64,000 nt of DNA from Eledone cirrhosa. Lineage: Eukaryota. Shown here one piece after another: positions 38,430 to 51,772 of this stretch; within the stretch, counting starts at the first letter, position 1; every line of letters begins with the position of its first letter. The translations under genes and the position numbers were made by a program. The notes under the pieces were generated by a model, which was given only the letters and a program-made list of their open reading frames with translations, had not been told where the DNA came from and made no database searches. The stretch is taken from assembly GCA_964016885.1 (NCBI GenBank), contig OZ024749.1:10540001-10604000 (forward strand), given 5' to 3'.

Positions 38430-38516
38430 CATAATTATTTCATTACCGAAGGTTCCAAGAAACTAGATGATTCTTGCAAGAAACATCGAGTTCAATCGTC
38501 AGACAAAAAAATTATG
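38430..38516 (-). ncRNA. degenerate type I hammerhead motif G (GAAA changed to GGAA)
   Basis: stem I cataatttttttgt/atgaaataattatg (13 of 14 paired), CTGACGA, long stem II, stem III acc/ggt, GTA; (TA)n downstream. Confidence 0.65.
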
Positions 38517-38532
38517 TTATATTATTAGTACA

Positions 38533-38725
38533 AAGGGGCGGTGACTTGGCAGTATCGGTAAAGAGTCGGACGCCATGCTTTCCAGCATAGTTACGTCCCT
38601 TTACGTTCTGAGTTCAAATCCCACCGAGGTTAACTTTGCCTTTCATCCTTACAGGGGCTCGATAAAATAAAGTACCAGTAATGTACTGGTTAATTGTTGG
38701 CCTTGTGCCAAAAGTAGAAACAAAT
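38533..38725 (+). mobile_element. full-length tRNA-derived SINE family S1 with TSD tattagtaca
   Basis: A box tggcagtatcggta, B box gagttcaaatcc, body gcctttcatcct...gataaaataaagtaccag. Confidence 0.92.
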
Positions 38726-38739
38726 ATTAGTACAGATTA

Positions 38740-39955
38740 TATTACAACTGCTCAGCTTAAATGCAAAAGAAAACACCATGATACTTGGCTTCCATGGGTA
38801 GAACAATTAAAATTGGTTAAAATAATGATCAAAAGAGGAAGCAAAAGAACTCCATAACACTATCACAGAGTCAATCTCTTTTAAGAGCTGGGTCTGCTAC
38901 ACAGATGGGGGACATTCAGACAAGGGAGTGGGTTGTGGAGCTACTTGGTCTTTCAAAAATAATTATAAAGATATGAATTTGAGATTACATCAGGATTACA
39001 CTATATGTGAGGCAGAATGGTGGGGATTTACATTATCCATAGATACGGCTTAGGAATTGCCTGGAAAAATGGTTTTCAGTCAAGAAAAAGGGTTTTGGTT
39101 AGAGATATTGAGAACTCTCTACTAAAAATAGATAACTACCTCTCAGAAAATAATAAAGAAATATCAGTGATTTGGATACTGGGCCATACAGATATTAGAG
39201 GAAATAGGAAAGCAGACAAATTAACAAAAGAAGGAGCACAAAGGGAAATAATAGATATAGACTACATCCCAAATCTTTCGCAGGTAAAATCATTTAGCAA
39301 GCATATAATTAGTCAAGGGTGGGAAACATTTTGGGAAGAATCCAGAAATAAGCTCACAAATTTCAATCCCTTACTTTCTCAACCAGATTTGACAATATTC
39401 AAAACTTAATCAATCATTGAGTAATGCAAATAAAAAAAGACTATGCTGGCTTCCAACTGGACATTGAACTACATTCTATCAAGAATAGATTGTAGAGATT
39501 CACCTCTATTTCTTGTGGTGACTCTCCAGAAACTCTTTGGCACTATTTATTCCAATGTAGAAACTATCAATCTAAGAGAGAGGCCCTGTTGAAACTAATC
39601 TTTAAAAAACTACCAAGATTGGAAGTTCAATATAATTAGATGTCTAACAAAATCTTTGAGTATATGGAAGCTACGAAAAGATTCAACAACAGAAATTTCT
39701 AGATGTTTTACAGCTTCCCTTGTTCCCTATTTCCCTTTTCTTTTTCATTCTCTTATGACATAATCTGCCTCCCATGTTTGAAATTTTATTTTTATTTTTC
39801 CCCCTTTTTAATTAATTTCTGTCTTTTTTTTATTACTTGTCTCACTAGCTCTTTTTGATTACCAACTGTAAAAAGTACTCGATACTTCCCTTAGTCTGTC
39901 ATGGCTTACTAGCTCTATACGGACGTTTAAATTGATTAACTAAATAAATAAATAT
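38740..39955 (+). mobile_element. decayed RNase-H-bearing LINE 3' end (I-group-like) with (TAAA)n tail
   Basis: CYTDG..., WILGHTDIRGNRKADKL, CGDSPETLWHYLFQC. Confidence 0.78.
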
Positions 39956-40175
39956 ATATTCACATACACACTTACACAATCCCCAAACATAGATTTGTTA
40001 AAGTTTGATGAAGAAACCAAACATTACTTCTTGTTCCATCAAGCAATTATGGGTTATGTCCTAGTTTAGTATTATAAAAATTGAACAGTTCTTGTCGTCA
40101 TTCATTTACTCGAGGCCATGATTGAAAGCATTCTAACCATGGCAATCTGCCCTTTTTATTTTACAGGTAATGTGT

Positions 40176-40883
40176 CCTTTCATTACCATATTTCTAATGA
40201 AAGACACTGTATATGTCATTAACCCTTTCATTACCATATTCCTAATGAAAGACACTGCCTATGTCATTAACCCTTTCATTACCATATTTCTAATGAAAGA
40301 CACTACCTATGTCATTAACCCTTTCATTACCATATTTCTAATGAAAGACACTACCTATGTCATTAACCCTTTCATTACCATATTTCTAATGAAAGACACT
40401 GCCTATGTCATTAACCCTTTCATTACCATATTTCTAATGAAAGACACTACCTATGTCATTAACCCTTTCATTACCATATTTCTAATGAAAGACACTACCT
40501 ATGTCATTAACCCTTTCATTACCATATTTCTAATGAAAGACACTGCCTATGTCATTAACCCTTTCATTACTATATTTCCAATGAAAGACACTGTCTATGT
40601 CATTAACCCTTTCATTACCATATTTCTAATGAAAGACACTGTCTATGTCATTAACCCTTTCATTACCATATTTCTAATGAAAGACACTACCTATGTCATT
40701 AACCCTTTCATTACCATATTTCTAATGAAAGACACTGCCTATGTCATTAACCCTTTCATTACTATATTTCCAATGAAAGACACTGTCTATGTCATTAACC
40801 CTTTCATTACCATATTTCTAATGAAAGACACTGTCTATGTCATTAACCCTTTCATTACCATATTTCTAATGAAAGACACTGCC
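40176..40883. repeat. 48-bp minisatellite, about 14.5 copies
   Basis: unit ttaaccctttcattaccatatttctaatgaaagacactgcctatgtca. Confidence 0.98.
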
Positions 40884-41161
40884 TCTGCTTCCAAATCATT
40901 TTGAAAATAATCAAGAGTTAGTAATTAAAATATATAATCAATATAACTAACTTTCTCACTAAGCTGGTGTTTGGAACATAGCAAAGGTTCTTATGTAAAA
41001 TTATGATGGGAGGTTTTTAGATGCATGTAAACATTTTAAAATAAACAACTTAGCATCACTGAACCAGGGGTTGCTTGATGTCCAAAGGATTGAGATAATA
41101 TGGTACACTTGAGGGAGATTTATACAAAACAATAAAACAAAAACGGTTTCAATAAACTTAC

Positions 41162-41240
41162 TTTCCCTTTAATAACCATAGTCCCAAGAAATATAGCAAA
41201 TAGTTTGTTCAGAATCACTAACGAATCCCAGTCAATACTC
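41162..41240 (-). CDS. ECPAS: ECM29/ECPAS exon: SIDWDSLVILNKLFAIFLGTMVIKGK
   Basis: ttttcag| acceptor, |gtaagt donor; resembles LIDWNNPAIINKMYKVYLG. Confidence 0.9.
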
Positions 41241-41414
41241 CTGAAAATTAAGTAAAACAAAAGAAAATCATTGCATAATTAATTCTTAACATCTTCTAAT
41301 GACAGAAAATGTTTAAAAGTGAGTTTTGTTAATTCAAATGTTTATAATATTGTTACTAGAGAACAAATTGTTCTGATAATTTTCAGTTTTAAAAACTTTA
41401 ATTTTCAATGTGAT

Positions 41415-44400
41415 GTAGTCATATTGTTGTCTTACTAATGCAGCCATAGTGTTGTCTTACTAATGCAATCATAGTGTTGTCTTACTAATGCAGTCCTAGT
41501 GTTGTCTTACTAATGCAGTCATAGTGTTGTCTTACTAATGCAGTCATAGTGTTACTAATGCAGTTATAGTGTTGTCTTGCTAGTGCAGTCATAGTGTTAC
41601 TAATGCAGTCATAGTGTTGTCTTACTAATGCAGTCATAGTGTTACTAATGCAGCCATAGTGTTGTCTTACTAGTGCAGTCATAGTGTTACTAATGCAGCC
41701 ATAGTGTTGTCTTACTAGTGCAGTCATAGTGTTACTAATGCAGCCATAGTGTTGTCTTACTAATGCAGTCATAGTGTTGTCTTACTAATGCAGTCATAGT
41801 GTTACTAATGAAGCCATAGTGTTGTCTTACTAATGCAGTCATAGTGTTACTAATGCAGTTATAGTGTTGTCTTACTAGTGCAGTCATAGTGTTACTAATG
41901 CAGCCATAGTGTTGTCTTACTAGTGCAGTCATAGTGTTACTAATGCAGTTATAGTGTTGTCTTACTTCATTTGTGAGTACAAACTTCACAAATCAGACAT
42001 TAATAGGAAGAGGCGAAATAGATCGTCCAACCACCTCAAACAGGTGACAAAAAAGGCAGTGCTTTAATTTGAGCAGCGCATAGCAACCAGCCCTGACAGT
42101 AAGGTGTTCTGGAAGTATGTTCACTCAAAGCAGAGGCCTCACTCTCCAGTTGGTCCTCTTCGCAATCCCCACACAAGCCAGGTTACTGACGACCCCAAGG
42201 AATGCGCAGAGCTCATTGCTGAATGCTATGCAGGCATTTTCACCATTGAAGACCAGAGTGTACCATCTCCACCACCTATGACACCGGACTCTATTACAAC
42301 CATGGAATTTACACCTGCAATGCTGCGACGTCACCTAAAAAATAAACGCAACCATGCCTCTCCTGGTCTTGATGGTGTTACGTACCTGCTTCTTAAACGT
42401 GGTGGGTACTTCCTTCTACACCAGTTATCACGCTTCTTCCAATTCTGTCTGAACAACAGTGCTACTCCAGAACAGTGGAAAACTGCCAGTGTAATTCCTC
42501 TGTTCAAAAAGGGTGACCGCACATCACCTGTGAACTATCGTCCAGTCAGTCTTACTAGTTGCATCGCCAAACTGATGGAATCCTGTGTCAGAGAAACACT
42601 TTGGAACTTCTGGAGCTCTCACAGTCTTATCCGGCCCTCGCAATTTGGATTTATCCCCAACTCCAGCTGCTGTGATCAACTTATAGAGTTTCTTGAGGAC
42701 ATCACCCGGATCACTGATGGCAGCTCATGGGTGGATGTTGTTTACCTTGACTTTGCGAAGGCCTTCAATTCTGTGCCGCACAAAAGGCTTATGGCAAAAC
42801 TCTCTGCAATGGGTGTGAAGGATGATCTTTTTAACTGGTTGAAGTCCTTCATTCTCAGTCGAAGAGAGGTAGTCACGGTTCTGGGACAGCATTCCTCACC
42901 ATATGAGATGTCATCTGGTGTACCTCAGGGATCTGTTCTTGGCCCCCTTTTGTTTGTGGCATATATTAATGACATAGATGCCAACTTAAGGAATGCCACA
43001 GTACTAAAGTACGCAGACGACATCAAGCTGTACCTTGAGATAAAAAGGACAGATCCTGAACACTATAGATCTTGCTTGCAGTCTGACCTGGACACAATGC
43101 AACAGTGGATCTCAGACTGGCAACTCAAGCTAGCTGTGGACAAGTGCACCACCATGCATTTTGGGAGTAAAAACCCAGCGTCCACATACTCCCTCCACAA
43201 CACTAATATCAAGAAGTCTTCCTGTGAACGTGACCTGGGCATTACGGTCAGCAGCAATTTGCGTTGGACGAGGCACGTCTCTAAAATTGTCAGGAGGGCC
43301 GAGGGTGTCTTAGCATCACTCAGCAAGACCTTTGTCAGCCGCTCTCCAGCTATCTATTTAAGGCTGTATACAGCTATGGTGCGACCACACTTAGAATTTG
43401 CATCACCAGTCTGGAACCCCTATCTTGCTCAGGACATTGACCGCCTGGAAACTGTTCAGAGACGTGCAACCAAGCGAATACCCTCCATCAGGCATCTACC
43501 ATACTCTGATCGCCTTGCTTCCCTGGGCATGGATTCATTGAAGCTCCGACGCCTGGCAACTGACTTGGTAAACACCCACAAAATTGTTAACCATGTTGCC
43601 AACAACAACCCTGAGTGCCTTTTCGATTTCCATGTGTCTAACACACGTGGACATGCCCACAAAGTAAGAAAACAGCACAGTTCCCATGACTTTCGGAAAC
43701 ATTTTTTCACGCTCAGAGTTGCTGAAGCATGGAACAAACTACCTGCATCAGTTGTTAGCTGTCGAGACACTGCATCCTTTAAGGCCTCCATGCTTCCCGA
43801 GATCCGCCAACACTACAGCTAACACATACAAACATGTACTTCCCTGGCATTTGTGTATTATTCTATGTACTATATTGACGAGTTGTAGTGCACCTGAGCA
43901 CTTTACACAATAATTTCATTATTATTATTATTATTACTAGTGCAGTCATAGTGTTACTAATGCAGTCATAGTGTTACTAATGCAGTTATAGTGTTACTAA
44001 TGCAGCCATAGTGTTGTCTTACTAGTTCAGTCATAGTGTTACTAATGCAGTCATAGTGTTACTAATGCAGTCATAGTGTTACTAATGCAGTCATAGTGTT
44101 ACTAATGAAGCCATAGTGTTGTCTTATTAATGCAGTCATAGTGTTACTAATGCAGCCATAGTGTTGTCTTACTAGTGCAGTCATAGTGTTACTAATGCAG
44201 CCATAGTGTTGTCTTACTAATGCAGTCATAGTGTTACTAATTCAGCCATAGTGTTGTCTTACTAATGCAGTCATAGTGTTACTAATGAAGCCATAGTGTT
44301 GTCTTACTAATGCAGTCATAGTGTTACTAATGCAGTTATAGTGTTGTCTTACTAGTGCAGTCATAGTGTTACTAATGCAGTCATAGTGTTACTAATGCAG

Positions 44401-45050
44401 TTATAGTGTTACTAATGCAGCCATAGTGTTGTCTTACTAGTGCAGTCATAGTGTTACTAATGCAGTCATAGTGTTACTAATGAAGCCATAGTGTTGTCTT
44501 ACTAATGCAGTCATAGTGTTACTAATGCAGCCATAGTGTTGTCTTACTAGTGCAGTCATAGTGTTACTAATGCAGTCATAGTGTTACTAATGCAGTCATA
44601 GTGTTACTAATGCAGTCATAGTGTTACTAATGCAGTCATAGGGTTACTAATGCAGTCATAGTGTTACTAATGCAGCCATAGTGTTATCTTACTAGTGCAG
44701 TCATAGTGTTACTAATGCAGTCATAGTGTTACTAATGCAGTTATAGTGTTGTCTTACCAGTGCAGTCATAGTGTTACTAATGCAGTCATAGTGTTACTAA
44801 TGCAGTTATAGTGTTGTCTTACTAGTGCAGTCATAGTGTTACTAATGCAGTTATAGTGTTGTCTTACTAGTGCAGTCATAGTGTTACTAATGCAATCCTA
44901 GTGTTGTCTTACTAATGCAGTCATAGTGTTACTAATGCAGTTATAGTGTTGTCTTACTAGTGCAGTCATAGTGTTAATAATGCAGTTATAGTGTTGTATT
45001 ACTAGTGCAGTCATAGTGTTACTAATGCAGCCCTAGTGGTACTAATGCAG
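41415..45050. repeat. 20/25-bp mixed minisatellite split by a CR1 insertion
   Basis: units actaatgcagtcatagtgtt and actaatgcagtcatagtgttgtctt. Confidence 0.97.
41967..43933 (+). mobile_element. 5'-truncated CR1-type LINE; intact RT frame 42104-43822; (ATT)n tail; possible TSD ttact
   Basis: NYRPVSLTS, YLDFAKAF, GVPQGSVLGP, YADD, VRPHLEFAS, FFTLRV..WN. Confidence 0.95.
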
Positions 45051-45128
45051 TTTCATATTGTACAGTATGATAAGAGTTAAGAATTTAAATGAATATTTTA
45101 ATCATACCACTTTAAATAGTAGTCTAAC

Positions 45129-45243
45129 AGTCTGATCCATTACAAGGTTATGTTAGTGTCTTATGTTCAGTCTGATCCATTACAAGGTTATGTTAGTGTC
45201 TTATGTTCAGTCTGATCCATTACAAGGTTATATTAATGTCTTA
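45129..45243. repeat. 40-bp tandem, about 3 copies
   Basis: cagtctgatccattacaaggttatgttagtgtcttatgtt. Confidence 0.9.
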
Positions 45244-45278
45244 TAAAGAGAAGAAATGTTGTCAATAATATTACCTAC

Positions 45279-45320
45279 CCTACGATCTTCTTCAATTCCA
45301 TATCTCCAGCTGTTGCTATG
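45279..45320 (-). CDS. ECPAS: ECM29/ECPAS 42-nt exon: (S)IATAGDMELKKIV(G)
   Basis: tttatag| acceptor, GG|gtaggt donor; phase fits both neighbours; resembles SVATAADLELK. Confidence 0.88.
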
Positions 45321-45647
45321 CTATAAATAAATAAATAAATAGTGTTAATGATTTCTGATTCAGGCACAAGGACAATAAATTGAGGGGAATGTCAATTAAA
45401 TCGATCCCAGTGCATTACTGGTACTTTATTCCATCAACGCCAAAAGGATGAAAGGCAGAGCTAACCTGAGCAGAAATTGAACTCAGAATGTAAAGGGTCA
45501 CAAAATATGTTTTCTGACGCTCTACCAACACAATCAAATAATAATAATAATTTGTTTTATTGACCCGAGGCATTGGAGACAATAAAAGAATAGGGTGGGG
45601 TCTTCACTGAAGTGAAAACAATAGAACACAGGACTATCAACACATGT

Positions 45648-46652
45648 ATATACCAGTAGCTCTACATACCAGTAGCTCTACATACCAGTAGCTCTACATA
45701 CCAGTAACTCTATATACCAGTAACTCTATATACCAGTAACTCTACATACCAGTAACTCTACATACCAGTAACTCTACATACCAGTAACTCTACATACCAG
45801 TAACTCTATATACCAGTAACTCTACATACAAGTAACTCTACATACCTGTGACTACATACCAGTAACTCTACATAGCAGTAATTCTACATACCAGTAACTC
45901 TACATACCAGTAACTCTATATACCAGTAACTCTACATACCAGTAACTCTACATACCACTCTACATAGCAGTAATTCTACATACCAGTAACTCTACATAGC
46001 AGTAACTCTACATACCAGTAACTCTACATACGAGTAACACTACATACCAGTAACTCTACATAGCAGTAACTCTATATACCAATCTACATACCAGTAACTC
46101 TACATACCTGTAACTCTACATACCACTCTACATACTAGTAACTCTACATAGCAGTAACTCTACACACCAGTAATTCTACATAGCAGTAACACTACATACT
46201 TGTAACTCTATATACCAGTAACTCTACATACCTGTGACTACATACTACTAACTCTACATACCAGTAACTCTACATAGCAGTAACTCTACATACCTGTAAC
46301 TCTACATACCATTAACTCTACATACCTGTGACTACATACTACTAACTCTACATACCAGTAACACTACATACCAGTAACTCTACATAGCAGTAACTCAACA
46401 TACCTGTAACTCTACATACCAGTAACTCTATATACCATTAACTCTATATACCATTAACTCTATATACCAGTAACTCTATATACCAGTAACTCTACATACC
46501 AGTAACTCTACATACCAGTAACTCTATATACCAGTAACTCTACATACCAGTAACTCTACATACCAGTAACTCTATATACCAGTAACTCTACATACCAGTA
46601 ACTCTACATACCTGTAACTCTAAATACCTGTAACTCTACATACCAGTAACTA
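45648..46652. repeat. 16-bp minisatellite, about 60 copies
   Basis: unit cataccagtaactcta. Confidence 0.97.
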
Positions 46653-46767
46653 TATAAATCATATATTTAGCACTGATTACTAACATGCTAAATGAAAGAT
46701 TCGACATGGACCTACATTTCACATCTGGACTGAACTCATGACCAACATTGCATGAGCCTGACAACTG

Positions 46768-49700
46768 CAGTGACAATGGTTTCATAACAAAGCTGGTAAC
46801 TAGAGGTAGTTCTGACAATGGTTTCATAACAAAGCTGGTAACTAGAGGTAGTTCTGACAGTGGTTTCATAACAAAGCTGGTAACTAGAGGTAGTTCTGAC
46901 AGTGGTTTCATAACAAAGCTGGTAACTAGAGATAGTTCTGACAGTGGTTTCATAACAAAGCTGGTAACTAGAGGTAGTTCTGACAGTGGTTTCATAACAA
47001 AGCTGGTAACTAGAGGTAGTTCTGACAGTGGTTTCATAATAAAGCTGGTAACTAGAGGTAGTTCTGACAATGGTTTCATAACAAAGCTGGTAACTAGAGG
47101 TAGTTCTGACAGTGGTTTCATAACAAAGCTGGTAACTAGAGGTAGTTCTGACAGTGGTTTCATAACAAAGCTGGTAACTAGAGGTAGTTCTGACAGTGGT
47201 TTCATAATAAAGCTGGTAACTAGAGGTAGTTCTGACAGTGGTTTCATAATAAAGCTGGTAACTAGAGGTAGTTCTGACAATGGTTTCATAACAAAGCTGG
47301 TAACTAGAGGTAGTTCTGACAGTGGTTTCATAACAAAGCTGGTAACTAGAGGTAGTTCTGACAGTGGTTTCATAACAAAGCTGGTAACTAGAGCTAGTTC
47401 TGACAGTGGTTTCATAACAAAGCTGGTAACTAGAGGTAGTTCTGACAGTGGTTTCATAACAAAGCTGGTAACTAGAGGTAGTTCTGACAGTGGTTTCATA
47501 ATAAAGCTGGTAACTAGAGGTAGTTCTGACAATGGTTTCATAACAAAGCTGGTAACTAGAGGTAGTTCTGACAGTGGTTTCATAATATAGCTGGTAACTA
47601 GAGGTAGTTCTGACAGTGGTTTCATAACAAAGCTGGTAACTAGAGGTAGTTCTGACAGTGGTTTCATAACAAAGCTGGTAACTAGAGGTAGTTCTGACAG
47701 TGGTTTCATAATATAGCTGGTAACTAGAGGTAGTTCTGACAGTGGTTTCATAACAAAGCTGGTAACTAGAGGTAGTTCTGACAGTGGTTTCATAATATAG
47801 CTGGTAACTAGAGGTAGTTCTGACAGTGGTTTCATAACAAAGCTGGTAACTAGAGGTAGTTCTGACAGTGGTTTCATAATAAAGCTGGTAACTAGAGGTA
47901 GTTCTGACAGTGGTTTCATAACAAAGCTGGTAACTAGAGGTAGTTCTGACAGTGGTTTCATAATATAGCTGGTAACTAGAGGTAGTTCTGACAGTGGTTT
48001 CATAACAAAGCTGGTAACTAGAGGTAGTTCTGACAGTGGTTTCATAATATAGCTGGTAACTAGAGGTAGTTCTGACAGAGGTTTCATAACAAAGCTGGTA
48101 ACTAGAGGTAGTTCTGACAGTGGTTTCATAATATAGCTGGTAACTAGAGGTAGTTCTGACAGTGGTTTCATAACAAAGCTGGTAACTAGAGGTAGTTCTG
48201 ACAGTGGTTTCATAACAAAGCTGGTAACTAGAGGTAGTTCTGACAGTGGTTTCATAACAAAGCTGGTAACTAGAGGTAGTTCTGACAGTGGTTTCATAAC
48301 AAAGCTGGTAACTAGAGGTAGTTCTGACAGTGGTTTCATAATATAGCTGGTAACTAGAGGTAGTTCTGACAGTGGTTTCATAACAAAGCTGGTAACTAGA
48401 GGTAGTTCTGACAGTGGTTTCATAATATAGCTGGTAACTAGAGGTAGTTCTGACAGTGGTTTCATAACAAAGCTGGTAACTAGAGGTAGTTCTGACAGTG
48501 GTTTCATAATATAGCTGGTAACTAGAGGTAGTTCTGACAGTGTTTTCATAACAAAGGTGGTAACTAGAGGTAGTTCTGACAGTGGTTTCATAATATAGCT
48601 GTTAACTAGAGGTAGTTCTGACAGTGGTTTCATAACAAAGCTGGTAACTAGAGGTAGTTCTGACAGTGGTTTCATAACAAAGCTGGTAACTAGAGGTAGT
48701 TCTGACACTGGTTTCATAACAAAGCTGGTAACTAGAGGTAGTTCTGACAATGGTTTCATAACAAAGCTGGTAACTAGAGGTAGTTCTGACAGTGGTTTCA
48801 TAACAAAGCTGGTAACTAGAGGTAGTTCTGACAGTGGTTTCATAACAAAGCTGGTAACTAGAGGTAGTTCTGACAGTAGTTTCATAATATAGCTGGTAAC
48901 TAGAGGTAGTTCTGACAGTGGTTTCATAACAAAGCTGGTAACTAGAGGTAGTTCTGACAATGGTTTCATAACAAAGCTGGTAACTAGAGGTAGTTCTGAC
49001 AGTGGTTTCATAACAAAGCTGGTAACTAGAGGTAGTTCTGACAGTGGTTTCATAACAAAGCTGGTAACTAGAGGTAGTTCTGACAATGGTTTCATAACAA
49101 AGCTGGTAACTAGAGGTAGTTCTGACAGTGGTTTCATAACAAAGCTGGTAACTAGAGGTAGTTCTGACAATGGTTTCATAACAAAGCTGGTAACTAGAGG
49201 TAGTTCTGACAGTGGTTTCATAACAAAGCTGGTAACTAGAGGTAGTTCTGACAATGGTTTCATAACAAAGCTGGTAACTAGAGGTAGTTCTGACAGTGGT
49301 TTCATAATATAGCTGGTAACTAGAGGTAGTTCTGACAGTGGTTTCATAATATAGCTGGTAACTAGAGGTAGTTCTGACAGTGGTTTCATAACAAAGCTGG
49401 TAACTAGAGGTAGTTCTGACAGTGGTTTCATAATAAAGCTGGTAACTAGAGGTAGTTCTGACAGTGGTTTCATAATATAGCTGGTAACTAGAGGTAGTTC
49501 TGACAGTGGTTTCATAACAAAGCTGGTAACTAGAGGTAGTTCTGACAGTGGTTTCATAATAAAGCTGGTAACTAGAGGTAATTCTGACAATGGTTTCATA
49601 ACAAAGCTGGTAACTAGAGGTAGTTCTGACAGTGGTTTCATAACAAAGCTGGTAACTAGAGGTAGTTCTGACAGTGGTTTCATAACAAAGCTGGTAACTA

Positions 49701-51064
49701 GAGGTAGTTCTGACAATGGTTTCATAACAAAGCTGGTAACTAGAGGTAGTTCTGACAATGGTTTCATAACAAAGCTGGTAACTAGAGGTAGTTCTGACAG
49801 TGGTTTCATAACAAAGCTGGTAACTAGAGGTAGTTCTGACAATGGTTTCATAACAAAGCTGGTAACTAGAGGTAGTTCTGACAGTGGTTTCATAACAAAG
49901 CTGGTAACTAGAGGTAGTTCTGACAGTGGTTTCATAATATAGCTGGTAACTAGAGGTAGTTCTGACAGTGGTTTCATAACAAAGCTGGTAACTAGAGGTA
50001 GTTCTGACAGTGGTTTCATAATAAAGCTGGTAACTAGAGGTAGTTCTGACAGTGGTTTCATAACAAAGCTGGTAACTAGAGGTAGTTCTGACAGTGGTTT
50101 CATAACAAAGCTGGTAACTAGAGGTAGTTCTGACAATGGTTTCATAACAAAGCTGGTAACTAGAGGTAGTTCTGACAGTGGTTTCATAACAAAGCTGGTA
50201 ACTAGAGGTAGTTCTGACAATGGTTTCATAACAAAGCTGGTAACTAGAGGTAGTTCTGACAGTGGTTTCATAACAAAGCTGGTAACTAGAGGTAGTTCTG
50301 ACAATGGTTTCATAACAAAGCTGGTAACTAGAGGTAGTTCTGACAGTGGTTTCATAACAAAGCTGGTAACTAGAGGTAGTTCTGACAATGGTTTCATAAC
50401 AAAGCTGGTAACTAGAGGTAGTTCTGACAGTGGTTTCATAACAAAGCTGGTAACTAGAGGTAGTTCTGACAATGGTTTCATAACAAAGCTGGTAACTAGA
50501 GGTAGTTCTGACAGTGGTTTCATAATATAGCTGGTAACTAGAGGTAGTTCTGACAGTGGTTTCATAATATAGCTGGTAACTAGAGGTAGTTCTGACAGTG
50601 GTTTCATAACAAAGCTGGTAACTAGGGGTAGTTCTGACAGTGGTTTCATAACAAAGCTGGTAACTAGAGGTAGTTCTGACAGTGGTTTCATAATATAGCT
50701 GGTAACTAGAGGTAGTTCTGACAGTGGTTTCATAACAAAGCTGGTAACTAGAGGTAGTTCTGACAGTGGTTTCATAACAAAGCTGGTAACTAGAGGTAGT
50801 TCTGACAGTGGTTTCATAATATAGCTGGTAACTAGAGGTAGTTCTGACAGTGGTTTCATAATATAGCTGGTAACTAGAGGTAGTTCTGACAGTGGTTTCA
50901 TAACAAAGCTGGTAACTAGAGGTAGTTCTGACAGTGGTTTCATAATAAAGCTGGTAACTAGAGGTAGTTCTGACAGTGGTTTCATAACAAAGCTGGTAAC
51001 TAGAGGTAGTTCTGACAGTGGTTTCATAATAAAGCTGGTAACTAGAGGTAATTCTCACAATGGT
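46768..51064. repeat. 42-bp tandem satellite, about 102 copies
   Basis: unit tctgacagtggtttcataacaaagctggtaactagaggtagt. Confidence 0.99.
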
Positions 51065-51772
51065 GTCAAGCATTAACCCTTTCATATTTCTAATGAAAGA
51101 CTCACTGCCAATGATTTTCAAATAATTTTGAAAATAATCAACAATTTTTAATGATTTAGTAGCTTAACTGTCTCATTATAAAGTTGGTGTTTGGAACATA
51201 ACTTAACAATGCTTCTTACATAAAACTACGCCAAGAGATTTTTAGTTAAATTATTATTATTATTATTATTATTATTGTTAGTAGTAGTAGTAGTAGTAGT
51301 ACTGGTGCCACAATAAAATGCACCCAGCCCACTCTGTCAAGCAGTAGTGCTGGTTCCACAATAAAATGCACCCAGTCCACTCTGTAAAATGGTAGTGCTG
51401 GTTCTACAATAAAATGCACCCAGCCTACTCTGTCAAGTGGTAATGCTGGTTTCACAATAAAAATCCCCAGTTCTTCCTGTTAGATGGCAGTGGCAAAGCC
51501 AGGATAAAATACATTCAGTACACACTGTGAAGTGATTGGCATTTGGAAGGGTATCCGTAGAAACCATTTGAGAATGGAATTTATGATTGAGATGTGGTCA
51601 CCTGACCAGTGTAGTCTCTGTGACAACCCAACTATACAAGCAGAGAAAATAGATGTAAACAATGATGATGAACATTTTAAAACAAACAGATTTGTATTGT
51701 AGAATCAGACACAGTTTCAAATGATTTGGTATCAGAAGAGTTGATTTTTCGAAAAACTGAATGTAAATCTCC

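Noticed and set aside
40170-40904. 244-aa repeat ORF
   Set aside because: Translation of the 48-bp minisatellite
46636-51121. 1463-aa, 839-aa and 280-aa repetitive ORFs
   Set aside because: By-product of a 42-bp unit (multiple of 3) lacking stops in several frames on both strands; intronic, and ECM29 splices in phase without it
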